Positions 1 to 8,252 of a stretch of DNA of 64,000 nt are shown here, piece after piece; position 1 is the first letter of the stretch; every line of letters begins with the position of its first letter. Made by a program: the position numbers and the translations under genes. The stretch covers positions 8,232 through 72,231 of the forward strand of contig JAHQYN010000004.1 of assembly GCA_024421085.1 (NCBI GenBank), read 5' to 3'. The stretch is from Acidimicrobiia bacterium. GTDB taxonomy: Bacteria > Actinomycetota > Acidimicrobiia > Acidimicrobiales > Aldehydirespiratoraceae. The notes beneath the pieces are model-generated. The model was not told the DNA's origin and did no database searches. It saw only the letters and a program-made list of their open reading frames with translations.

Positions 1-312
1 ACCCAAAGTGATGTTCATACCGTCGCTATTTCTAAGTAGTCGCACTATTGTGAATGCGGAACCGTAGTTGGTGAAATTGTCATCAGTAAGAACCGACGAG
101 TTATCACACCTTAGACTTGTATTGCTGCTTGCGTTGTTGCAACCCACCGTACTGCCGGGGGTGCTCGCGACTGTGATTGTGGCGGACCAAACCTCTATGG
201 GTTCGGTGTTTGGGTAACGTTGCGCTTCAGTGAGATGATCCGCACCAGCAGGCGCAACACCGGCCAGCAAACCCACCGGTGCTGCCAGCGCAACCGCTAG
301 CACACAAAGACC
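1..312 (-). CDS. Window-truncated paralog of the 1769..3145 secreted protein (signal peptide plus about the first 90 residues); start codon not identified, so it may be a pseudogene
   Basis: The minus-strand frame reads ..GLCVLAVALAAPVGLLAGVAPAGADHLTEAQRYPNTEPIEVWSATITVAS... DNA 181..312 is nearly identical to 2933..3064 and more diverged beyond that. There is no ATG/GTG/TTG just upstream of the hydrophobic core; the nearest in-frame GTG is at 399. Confidence 0.45.
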
Positions 313-318
313 GGACCG
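160..318. repeat. Dispersed direct duplication; partner copy at about 2912..3070
   Basis: By-eye alignment: ggcggaccaaacctctatggg.tcggtgtttgggtaacgttgcgcttc.gtgagatgatccgca occurs at 181 and at 2933. The copies cover the 5' ends of the two paralogous secreted-protein genes. Confidence 0.8.
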
Positions 319-330
319 ACTACCGACGCA

Positions 331-363
331 CGTTTGTGAGACACATTGTGCGTTTGTGAGACA
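331..363. promoter_or_regulatory. Two copies of the 13-bp direct repeat cgtttgtgagaca (331-343 and 351-363), directly abutting the ATG at 366; candidate operator in a divergent control region
   Basis: Exact repeat seen in the sequence with a 20-bp period, lying between the divergent paralog-1 gene and the ATPase gene. Confidence 0.3.
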
Positions 364-365
364 GG

Positions 366-1676
366 ATGTGTGGTAAACTTGGGTTCGTGATTCTTCCACC
401 GACCTCAGTCGACAGTCTCCCCGACAATCCGTTCACGCCTGATTTCGGCCAGCAGCCGAGCCGGCTCGTGGGACGCGACGATCTTGTCGCAACGCTGAAA
501 CAGGGGTTGGGCACAGGACCGCGCGATCCGCGTTTCACGTCTTTGTTGCTCGGACCGCGCGGTTCGGGCAAGACGGTCATCTTGAACCATCTCAAGAACG
601 AAGCCCGCGCGTCCGGTTGGATCGTGTTGTCACTCGACGCAACCACCGAAGGCATCCATGAACGAATCAGTGAACGCATCGACTGGGGGCGCAGCACACA
701 CGAGTCGGTTCCCGATGACGACACCGACATCACAAGTCGCAGAGTCGCGTCGCTCCGAGTGCCGCCAATCATTTGGGAACGCGAAGCTACCCGCACGCCG
801 CGTCCCAGATGGGGGCTTCGCCGTCAGTTGACCACTCTCGCTGAACACGCCGCTGAGCACGACACGGCGGCCCTGCTCGTTGTCGACGAAATGCACAGCG
901 GCGACTTCACCGAACTCAGGCGGCTAGCAGCGGACCTCCAACACATCACCAAAGACGAACTCATGCCCCTAGCGTTCTTGGGAGCGGGGCTTTCCGAAAT
1001 GAAGCGCACTTTGCTTGAAGACAAACGGATGACCTTCTTCGCTAGATGCAATCGAGGCAACATGCCGCCCTTGAGCCGTATCAACGCTCACCGGTTTCTG
1101 ACAGCGACCGTGCATGAAGCGGGCGGAGCTTTCAACGACGCAGCGTTGGACAGTTTGGTCGCGTCCGTTGGGTCGCTTCCCTACAGAATGCAACTCTTGG
1201 GGCACAGCGCATGGAACGCCGCTGGTGCCCCAGCGAACACAATCGACGCTAACGCAGCGGCGCTGGCTGTCAACGAAACAGATCGCTTGATGCACGAACG
1301 GGTCGCGCTGCCTGCATGGCACTCGCTCGCCGAGAGCGAACAAGCATACCTCGCCGCACTCGCCGCATTCGGTGGCGAAGCCACACCACGCCAAGTCGCG
1401 CAGGCTCTGTCGGTCAACCCGAGAACCCTCACCCGGGCATGGCGACACTTGGAGAACGCCGAATACATCAGTACAGACGGCCACGAACGGGTGCGGATCG
1501 CGGACGTCATCACCGTCGGAAGCGTCAAGAGAATCGCAGCCGAGGCGGCGATGCACACATACAATGATCCTGCCGCGCAGCAACCGAGCGCGATTCGTTG
1601 CAATGCTTGGATGCCGCGGGCGCACGCAAAATGTGTCCTGTCGCTTGGTCACGCTGGTCGGCACAGATCACGTTGA
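366..1676 (+). CDS. Orphan P-loop NTPase with a C-terminal winged-helix-like domain (AAA_16 / ATPase_2-like)
   Basis: Motifs: NPFTPDFG..LVGRDDL, Walker A GPRGSGKT, Walker B-like LLVVDEMH. The C-terminal segment EATPRQVAQALSVNPRTLTRAWRHLENAEYI looks like an HTH. The start could also be the GTG at 387. Confidence 0.7.
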   Translation: MCGKLGFVILPPTSVDSLPDNPFTPDFGQQPSRLVGRDDLVATLKQGLGTGPRDPRFTSLLLGPRGSGKTVILNHLKNEARASGWIVLSLDATTEGIHERISERIDWGRSTHESVPDDDTDITSRRVASLRVPPIIWEREATRTPRPRWGLRRQLTTLAEHAAEHDTAALLVVDEMHSGDFTELRRLAADLQHITKDELMPLAFLGAGLSEMKRTLLEDKRMTFFARCNRGNMPPLSRINAHRFLTATVHEAGGAFNDAALDSLVASVGSLPYRMQLLGHSAWNAAGAPANTIDANAAALAVNETDRLMHERVALPAWHSLAESEQAYLAALAAFGGEATPRQVAQALSVNPRTLTRAWRHLENAEYISTDGHERVRIADVITVGSVKRIAAEAAMHTYNDPAAQQPSAIRCNAWMPRAHAKCVLSLGHAGRHRSR

Positions 1677-1768
1677 ACGCCAACGGGACGTTCGCGACCA
1701 TAGACCATGCACCACAGCCAGCGTTGAGCGCAGGCCTCGAATCCGAACACGTTACGGTTGAAGTTGTG

Positions 1769-3145
1769 TTAGTTGTTGAGGTAGTGGCGGATGATGGCTA
1801 GGAGTTGTTGCCGGCTGATTTTATTGTTTTGGTAGTCTTGTGCGGCTCGCAGCATTTCTGACAGGTCGATCTTGCCGTTGTTGTTGGTGTCGTATTCGCC
1901 TATACCCGCCGGCAGTACTGAAGCAGCGTCGCGGTCACCTACATCGCTTGCGGCTACTGTAGACGCGCCGGTCGACGGTGTGCTCGTTGTCGGTGTGTTC
2001 GTAGTCGTTGTTAGTGTGCTGGGTGTGTGTGGTTCGGGTGCTGGGATTGCTTGTCGTGGGGACGCTTGTTGTGGCGAGGTCTTTTGGGGTTCGGTTTGTT
2101 TCGGGACGATAATGTCTGTCTCGGTGATCGTGTCGAGCGGGACGAACGACTTGCCTTGCTGGGAACCGCCTTCTTGTACCTTGACGTGAACACCGGCCAC
2201 GCTCAGCGGCGCGCGGTAACGGTCGTTTTCGCTTGCCGTCGACGCAGCCGACACGATCGCCAACAACACGAAATGTTCGTCGTCGCTGTCGTCGTCGGCC
2301 ACGCCGGAGACGGTCACGGTTTGGCCGGTGCTGAAATTCGACGAAGTGAACGTCAACACTGCGGGTGACACCGAAGCAGAGTCGATGTCTGACGGCGGAA
2401 CATCGGCGCAACCTGCACAAGAGATCGGGCTTCTCCGCCGGTTGACGGTGACGTTGGCTGTGGGTGCTTGCGTGAGCCGCACCTGAAACGTGCCTGAACC
2501 GCTGTCCGAGGCAATATTCAACGTTGGCGCGAAACCAGCCTCGGTTACCAAGTCACCACCGAACAGTTCCGTACCGAACCACCACGCCGGACGAGTAATA
2601 CGCAACTCAACCACATCACCCACCGACGAAGTAAGACCATGATTAGACCATGTTAACGTGTCGTTCGTAGACCAGACCGTGTCTCTCGTAGCATCATAGA
2701 AGGCGAGTTGTGTGTCGCCAACATGCAACGTTGCATGCAAATAGAGACTATCGGGAACAGATTGATATAAACGAAAATTTAGCTGGTTACCTTCGACTAT
2801 TGCTCTTACGGTGAGTGAGTAGCCGTAGCTCGTAATATCGTCATCAGTAAGAATCGAAGGGTTACTGCACTTAGAGCCGCCATCGGTGTTGCAACCGTCT
2901 GTACCTCCGGCGGTGCGTGCGACTGTGAGTGTGGCGGACCAAACCTCTATGGGGTCGGTGTTTGGGTAACGTTGCGCTTCCGTGAGATGATCCGCAACTG
3001 CCGGGGAAACACCGGTCAGAAAACCCACCGGTGCTGTCAGCGCAACCGCTAGCAGGCAAAGACCGAACCGGCGACGGAACCCTAGCTTAGATAAACTGCG
3101 GGGGGGGGGGGGGGGTGGGGGGGGAGGGGAAAGCAGACGCAACAA
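1769..3145 (-). CDS. Secreted multidomain protein with a Thr/Pro-rich linker and a C-terminal EF-hand/dockerin-like Ca-binding motif
   Basis: Signal-peptide-like RRRFGLCLLAVALTAPVGFLTGVSPAVA/DHL. Acidic Calx-beta-like segment TVTVSGVADDDSDDEHF. PT-rich linker. C-terminal DTNNNGKIDLSE. The only in-frame start upstream of the signal peptide is a TTG at 3145, reached by reading through the poly-C tract (Pro9), so the start is uncertain. Confidence 0.7.
   Translation of the reverse strand: MLRLLSPPPPPPPPPRSLSKLGFRRRFGLCLLAVALTAPVGFLTGVSPAVADHLTEAQRYPNTDPIEVWSATLTVARTAGGTDGCNTDGGSKCSNPSILTDDDITSYGYSLTVRAIVEGNQLNFRLYQSVPDSLYLHATLHVGDTQLAFYDATRDTVWSTNDTLTWSNHGLTSSVGDVVELRITRPAWWFGTELFGGDLVTEAGFAPTLNIASDSGSGTFQVRLTQAPTANVTVNRRRSPISCAGCADVPPSDIDSASVSPAVLTFTSSNFSTGQTVTVSGVADDDSDDEHFVLLAIVSAASTASENDRYRAPLSVAGVHVKVQEGGSQQGKSFVPLDTITETDIIVPKQTEPQKTSPQQASPRQAIPAPEPHTPSTLTTTTNTPTTSTPSTGASTVAASDVGDRDAASVLPAGIGEYDTNNNGKIDLSEMLRAAQDYQNNKISRQQLLAIIRHYLNN
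3100..3129. repeat. Homopolymer tract G16-T-G8-A-G4 (poly-C on the coding strand) at the 5' end of the secreted-protein gene
   Basis: Counted directly: G at 3100-3115, T at 3116, G at 3117-3124, A at 3125, G at 3126-3129. Confidence 0.9.
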
Positions 3146-3343
3146 AGGCAGCGCCCACGCCGCTGCGGGTGATCCTGTGACGGTTAACGAACATGATTAC
3201 GTAGTCCTTTCAAGAGGGGTTGGTGTCGCATACGAAGTCATCGGCCACACAGTAGCGCCACCCAACCCAGACCGCAACCCCTCAGGGCTGCGTTGGCAAA
3301 TTGTGTGGGGCTGACGAGATTTCGTGACCGCACGTCAGAGAAT

Positions 3344-3381
3344 TGCGAACCTCCCGGGACAATGCGAACCTCCCGGGACAA
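3344..3381. repeat. Perfect tandem duplication of the 19-bp unit tgcgaacctcccgggacaa (contains a CCCGGG palindrome)
   Basis: Units at 3344-3362 and 3363-3381 are identical; they lie in the non-coding spacer between 3145 and 3502. Confidence 0.85.
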
Positions 3382-3501
3382 TACTGCGGCGCACCAGCCA
3401 CTGCGATCGTGTGGTGACGTCAGCTACTTGGCGCAGTTCGACCCTGCGATCCAGGTGTCGGTCGTTCGTTGAACAACTCCGCAACACGCAGCACTCGCTG
3501 G

Positions 3502-4779
3502 TCACGGACCCAGAGCAGTGACAGGGATGACCGCGATGCCGTCGGACGACTCGAACCCGTAACCGCCGGCGGTGATCACGGCCAGCCGGCTCGGTTCACT
3601 CATACGACGAGTGTCTACCCGGTCCCGCAGAGCACGCAGCGACTCCATGGCTTCACGAATCCCGTCCTCGCTGCCGAGTTTCACCTCGAACGCGGCCCAC
3701 TCGCCGTCGGCCCGCTCCAGAATCACATCGACCTCCAGACCGTATTCGTCTCGGTAATGCGAGAGTTGGCAGCCTTCAAACTGTGAGTAGACCCGCAGAT
3801 CACGGACAACGAGCGATTCGAACAAGAAACCGAAGAACTCCAGGTCAGCCCGCAGGCGGGAACCGTTTGTCCGCAAGGCAGCAACCGCCAGCGACGGACA
3901 CACAAAATATCGGGTCGGGGTGGTTCGCAACGCGATCCGAGATCGCAAGTGCGGCTGCCACGCAGGCAGGTCCTCAACCACGAACAACCGCTCAAGAGCT
4001 TGCAAGTAACCCTTGACAGTGCGGGAGTGCATTGGGTCGTCACGATCGCCGGACGCGTCTCTGGCAAGCGTCGAATAGGCGGCTTTCGTGCCGGCGTTTC
4101 GCCCCAGCGATGTAAGCAACCGGCGCACACCTGTGGGATCGCGCCTCACGTCGTCCACAAGGGCGATGTCGGTTCGGGCGATGTCGGCTAGGTAGTTGCG
4201 CAGATATCGCTGCGCTGCGTTCGGGGTGCTCGTTGCGATCCTCGGCCAGCCCCCTCGACAGACGAGGTCGACGATGTCGCGTACCGAAAGTCCGGGGTTC
4301 TCCGGCTCACAGGAATCACCATCGATCAGCTTGCTGACCGACACGCTACCGTCCGACTCCCCAGACTCGAACAGCGACATGGGTCGCATGCGTACCCGGT
4401 CCACTCGTCCGGCACCTGAATGTCTGGTGACGTCATCAGGCGGGTAAGCCGAGCCTGTGAGGATGAACTGCCCTGATTGCGCCCGCTCATCGCAGGCTCT
4501 TCTCATGGCATTCCAGATGTCGGGGGTCTGCTGCCACTCGTCCAACAGGCGCGGCACAGGGCCCGCGAGCAAGGTAGCTGCATCCACTGATGCGGCCAGG
4601 CGGGCACCGGGGACAGCATCCAAGAGCACCTCGCTTTGGGCGCTGCGCTTTCCAGTCCAAGTCTTGCCGCAGGCGCGCGGTCCTTCCAGCAGGATCGCGG
4701 GGCTTACACACAACGCCTCGGCCACTTCCTGATCAACGACACGCGGTCGGTAGCCGGGAGGTGTGAGAGTGTCGGTCAT
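3502..4779 (-). CDS. AAA_14 / DUF4143-family ATPase
   Basis: Walker A GPRACGKT, Walker B-like PRLLDEWQ, and a C-terminal region typical of DUF4143 proteins. The ATG at 4779 (MTDTLTPPGY) is preceded by GAGG about 9 nt upstream; the ORF-track start at 5004 looks like an over-extension. Confidence 0.75.
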   Translation of the reverse strand: MTDTLTPPGYRPRVVDQEVAEALCVSPAILLEGPRACGKTWTGKRSAQSEVLLDAVPGARLAASVDAATLLAGPVPRLLDEWQQTPDIWNAMRRACDERAQSGQFILTGSAYPPDDVTRHSGAGRVDRVRMRPMSLFESGESDGSVSVSKLIDGDSCEPENPGLSVRDIVDLVCRGGWPRIATSTPNAAQRYLRNYLADIARTDIALVDDVRRDPTGVRRLLTSLGRNAGTKAAYSTLARDASGDRDDPMHSRTVKGYLQALERLFVVEDLPAWQPHLRSRIALRTTPTRYFVCPSLAVAALRTNGSRLRADLEFFGFLFESLVVRDLRVYSQFEGCQLSHYRDEYGLEVDVILERADGEWAAFEVKLGSEDGIREAMESLRALRDRVDTRRMSEPSRLAVITAGGYGFESSDGIAVIPVTALGP

Positions 4780-5025
4780 CGCGTTACCTCGGTGTGTGCA
4801 GACGGTCTCAGGCGAGACGAGTGGTTTCCAATGGTAGTCGCAGGTGCTGATAAATTGACGATTCAGGTGCTTTTTTATCGCGGTTCCACGTGCCGAGAAA
4901 CCGGTGCTTCGCGTTTCAGGTCGGAGCGAGGGCGTCGAGGACGGCCCAGTTGGGGAACACCAGATCGCCTGCCAACGCATCCACCGTGCCGTCGGACTGC
5001 ACAAACGCGGTGGGCAGCACGCTAC

Positions 5026-5100
5026 TGCCAGTGTCGGCGATGCCAGTGTCGACGATGCCAGTGTCGACGATGCCAGTGTTGACGATGCCAGTGTCGACGA
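5026..5100. repeat. Five tandem copies of the 15-bp unit tgccagtgtcgacga
   Basis: Units at 5026, 5041, 5056, 5071 and 5086 carry 1-nt variants. They lie in the divergent intergenic region between 4779 and 5224. Confidence 0.9.
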
Positions 5101-5223
5101 TGTGTTCTGTGTTCAACAATTGATTGTGAATGTTTGCCAAGCAGAGGAACGGGTGCTAATCTGAGGGCATCACTCGAGGACGGTGAATGCGACCCCTTCA
5201 ACACCGACGAAACAAAGAGGAGG

Positions 5224-5655
5224 ATGGTAATGTTGGCTGGTGAGGAAGAGCGCCTTGCGCTCCTGAACAAATTGACCGAAACAATCGGGGCCGATGCAGC
5301 TAGGACGATCATGGAGTCACTACCCCCAATGCGATGGGACCAAATCGCCACCAAAGAAGACCTGAGAGCCCTTGAGGAGCGCCTGGTCAGCAGGTCCAAC
5401 GGCGAGTTCACCAAGGTTGACGGCCAGTTCGCCAAGGTGTACGGCCAGTTCGACAAGGTGTACGGCCAGTTCGCCAAGGTGGACGGCGAGTTCGTCAAGG
5501 TGTACGGCGAGTTAGCTGAGCTACGAGGCGAGATCAGGGAGCTTCGCGGAGCCATATCCCTTGAAATCTCCAAGCAGACGCGCACGCTGTTGTTCACGAT
5601 GGTGGGCTTCGCCCTGACCGTTTGGATTTCAATATTCGCTATCGGAATCTCCTGA
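5224..5655 (+). CDS. Coiled-coil, C-terminally membrane-anchored protein (DUF1640-like) with 7-residue repeats
   Basis: AGGAGG lies 2 nt before the ATG at 5224. The protein contains LPPMRWDQIATKEDLRALEERL, then KVDGQFA/KVYGQFD/KVYGQFA/KVDGEFV/KVYGELA (21-bp DNA repeats, about 5400-5510), then a C-terminal TM segment LLFTMVGFALTVWISIFAIGI. Confidence 0.6.
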   Translation: MVMLAGEEERLALLNKLTETIGADAARTIMESLPPMRWDQIATKEDLRALEERLVSRSNGEFTKVDGQFAKVYGQFDKVYGQFAKVDGEFVKVYGELAELRGEIRELRGAISLEISKQTRTLLFTMVGFALTVWISIFAIGIS

Positions 5656-5665
5656 TCCCTGCCGT

Positions 5666-5685
5666 CCGACCGAAGGCGGGGTCGG
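5666..5685 (+). terminator. Weak hairpin between convergent genes (ccgacc-N8-ggtcgg)
   Basis: 6-bp stem with an 8-nt loop, followed by ttcgtctc with no real U-tract. Confidence 0.2.
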
Positions 5686-5740
5686 TTCGTCTCGGCAACC
5701 AGATCGAACTCAACCAGCGAGCCGACCAGCCCCTCAGCGT

Positions 5741-6649
5741 TTAACCGGTCAGGGCGATCCCGAGTGCCATCGCCAAACCGGCAATGAGTTGCACTCGACC
5801 GGTGGCGGCCAGCACCGCTATGAGTTCTGACCCCGACGCTTTGCGGCGAACCGAACCGACTGCGTGGACCGCGAACGGCAGCCCCACCAGAGCGGCCGCC
5901 GCGAAGCGGCCCGTCAACACCGTGATCAACACCGCGATCAACATCGCCGCGGCCTGCATGGCCGTGAAGAGGTGTCGGGTGCGGGCATCACCGAGTCGAA
6001 CCGCCAGGGTGATCTTGCCGCAGTCCCTGTCGCCAGGAATGTCGCGGAGGTTGTTGATCACCAGCAGCCCAGTGGCCCACAGTCCGATGACCACCGCGCA
6101 GCCCGCCGCCAATCCGTCGATGTCGTCGGTCAGCACGTAGTTCGTGCCCATGGTCGCCACCAGCCCGAAGAACACGAAAACGGACACCTCGCCGAGGCCC
6201 CGGTATCCGTAGGGGCGGGACCCACCGGTGTAGGTCCATGCCGCGACCACGCAGAGGACACCGACGACGAGCAGTTCGGGACCAACGACCAGCGCCAACA
6301 GCAAGCCGAACAGACCTGCGGCCGCGAATGCCCCCAGAGCAGCCCGCTTCACGAGCGCCGGGCTCACAGACCCGGAGCCGACCAACCGCACGGGCCCGGT
6401 TCGGCTGCTGCCGTCGGTGCCGCGGATCCCGTCGGAGTAGTCGTTGGCGAAGTTGACCCCAACCTGCAGCGCTAGTGCCACAGCCAGCGCTGCAGCGGCG
6501 CGCCACCATCGAGTGTCGTTGCTGTGCCCCACCGCCACGGCAGCCCCGACAGCCACCGGCACGATCGCCGCCACCAGCGTGCGCGGACGCGCCCCGGCCA
6601 GCCACATCGCCAGACCGGCGCGCTGCGAGGGCTCAGGCGAGGCGTTCAC
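5741..6649 (-). CDS. menA: 1,4-dihydroxy-2-naphthoate polyprenyltransferase (UbiA superfamily)
   Basis: Polytopic membrane protein with FANDYSDGIRGTD and NNLRDIPGD motifs. Its GTG start overlaps the purN stop (GTGA at 6646-6649). Confidence 0.85.
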   Translation of the reverse strand: MNASPEPSQRAGLAMWLAGARPRTLVAAIVPVAVGAAVAVGHSNDTRWWRAAAALAVALALQVGVNFANDYSDGIRGTDGSSRTGPVRLVGSGSVSPALVKRAALGAFAAAGLFGLLLALVVGPELLVVGVLCVVAAWTYTGGSRPYGYRGLGEVSVFVFFGLVATMGTNYVLTDDIDGLAAGCAVVIGLWATGLLVINNLRDIPGDRDCGKITLAVRLGDARTRHLFTAMQAAAMLIAVLITVLTGRFAAAALVGLPFAVHAVGSVRRKASGSELIAVLAATGRVQLIAGLAMALGIALTG

Positions 6650-7257
6650 AGCCCCTCCAAAAAGTCGGCGACCGCACGGACGAGCAGACCGTGTTCAGCG
6701 GCGTGGATTCGGGATTCGAGACTCTCGCGGTCGTCGTCGGGCGTAATCGGCACTGCCTCGGTTGCCAGTACCGGCCCGTTGTCAACACCCTCGTCGGGCA
6801 CCAGGTGGACCATCACCCCGGTGCGGTCGAGCCCGTCGCGCAGGTGCGCGTTCCAGGCATCGTCGATCGCGTTCGGGCCACCGAACTCACCTGGAAGCGC
6901 CGGGTGCAGGTTGATGACCCGACCCGGGAAATACTCCAAGAAACCCATGGTGAACAGGTGCATCCAGCCGGCGAGCACTACCAGGTCGGGGCGGTAGCCC
7001 AGAACCATTGCCGCCAGGTCCGCGTCGTAGCGACGACGCGCTTGCGCGGGGTCGTCGTGGTCGTCCAAGTAGGGCCGCAAGCCGAAGAACGCTGTAGCGA
7101 TGTTGTTTGATGCGGCCCGCTGGAGCGCAAAAGCGCTGCGTCGATTGACGATGACCGCGACGATCTCGGCGTCGAGGCGCCCGTCGCCGACCGCGTCGAT
7201 CAACGCCTGCAGATTCGACCCGGCACCCGAGGCGAGGACCACGATGCGTCGTGTCAA
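6646..7257 (-). CDS. purN: Phosphoribosylglycinamide formyltransferase
   Basis: Motifs RIVVLASGAGSNLQALIDA and INLHPALPGEF. The TTG at 7257 overlaps the purM stop (TTGA) and gives a canonical N-terminus. The ORF-track start at 7311 would overlap purM by 57 nt. Confidence 0.88.
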   Translation of the reverse strand: MTRRIVVLASGAGSNLQALIDAVGDGRLDAEIVAVIVNRRSAFALQRAASNNIATAFFGLRPYLDDHDDPAQARRRYDADLAAMVLGYRPDLVVLAGWMHLFTMGFLEYFPGRVINLHPALPGEFGGPNAIDDAWNAHLRDGLDRTGVMVHLVPDEGVDNGPVLATEAVPITPDDDRESLESRIHAAEHGLLVRAVADFLEGL

Positions 7258-8252
7258 CGCCAGTCTCCGTGCAGGCGCACTCGCGCGGAGCCCCCGGAGG
7301 CGACCAGACACCCGACAGTGGCGAGGCCAAGTTCGTCGATCTGCCGCTGCTGGGTCCGGTCAACCACCACGATCATGCCGATTCCCATGTTCCAGACTCG
7401 AAAAGCCTCATCGTCGGCCAGTTCTGCCCACTGCACCAAGGTTCGGAACGCCCGGGGCACCTGCCAGGCACCGAGGTCGATCCGAGCGCCCAGTTCAGCG
7501 GGCAGGACCCGGGGGAGGTTCTCGATCACTCCCCCGCCGGTTATATGGGCCAGCGCCTTGGGGCGAATCCCCGCTCCCTGCAGGAGTTCAATGTCGCCAA
7601 GGTAACAACGATGCGGAGTCAACAGAAACTCGAGCATCTCCGCGTCGGGCTCGTGCTGGTCAAGCAGGAGGCGGATCAGCGAATAGCCGTTGGTGTGGGG
7701 GCTGTCACTGGCCAGTCCCACCAGCAGGTCACCGGCACTGAGCTGCTCGGTCTGCGGCCACAGAGCGCCGCGGTCGGCCACCCCGACGATCGTGCCAGCG
7801 ACATCTGTGGCACCCGGCATATAGACGCCGGGCATCTCCGCGGTCTCGCCGCCCAGCAGCGCACAGTCCACTGCCCTGCAGGCCTCGCTCATGCCCGTGA
7901 CGATCTCGAGCACGATCTCAGGCACCAGAGAGGCCGTGGCGATGTAATCGAGGAAGAAGAGCGGACGCGCACCCTGGACCAGGATGTCGTTGACACAGTG
8001 ATTCACCAGGTCGGCGCCCAGTCCCTTGAAACGCCGGTGACGCGCCGCCAGTTCAACCTTGGTGCCCACGCCGTCGGTGGAAGCCACCAACACCTTTCCC
8101 GGTCCGAGCTCGTCGGCCGCGAACAGTCCGCCGAACGCTCCGATCTCCGACAGTACCGCCGGGGTCGCAGTAGAGGAAACAGCCTCGGCCAACAACTCGA
8201 CGGTCCGGTTTCCGGCGTCGATGTCCACACCGGCCTCGCGGTAGCTCTTCAT
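7254..8252 (-). CDS. purM: Phosphoribosylformylglycinamidine cyclo-ligase (AIR synthetase)
   Basis: Motifs MKSYREAGVDIDAGN, VASTDGVGTK and NDILVQGARPLFFLDY. Confidence 0.95.
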   Translation of the reverse strand: MKSYREAGVDIDAGNRTVELLAEAVSSTATPAVLSEIGAFGGLFAADELGPGKVLVASTDGVGTKVELAARHRRFKGLGADLVNHCVNDILVQGARPLFFLDYIATASLVPEIVLEIVTGMSEACRAVDCALLGGETAEMPGVYMPGATDVAGTIVGVADRGALWPQTEQLSAGDLLVGLASDSPHTNGYSLIRLLLDQHEPDAEMLEFLLTPHRCYLGDIELLQGAGIRPKALAHITGGGVIENLPRVLPAELGARIDLGAWQVPRAFRTLVQWAELADDEAFRVWNMGIGMIVVVDRTQQRQIDELGLATVGCLVASGGSARVRLHGDWR

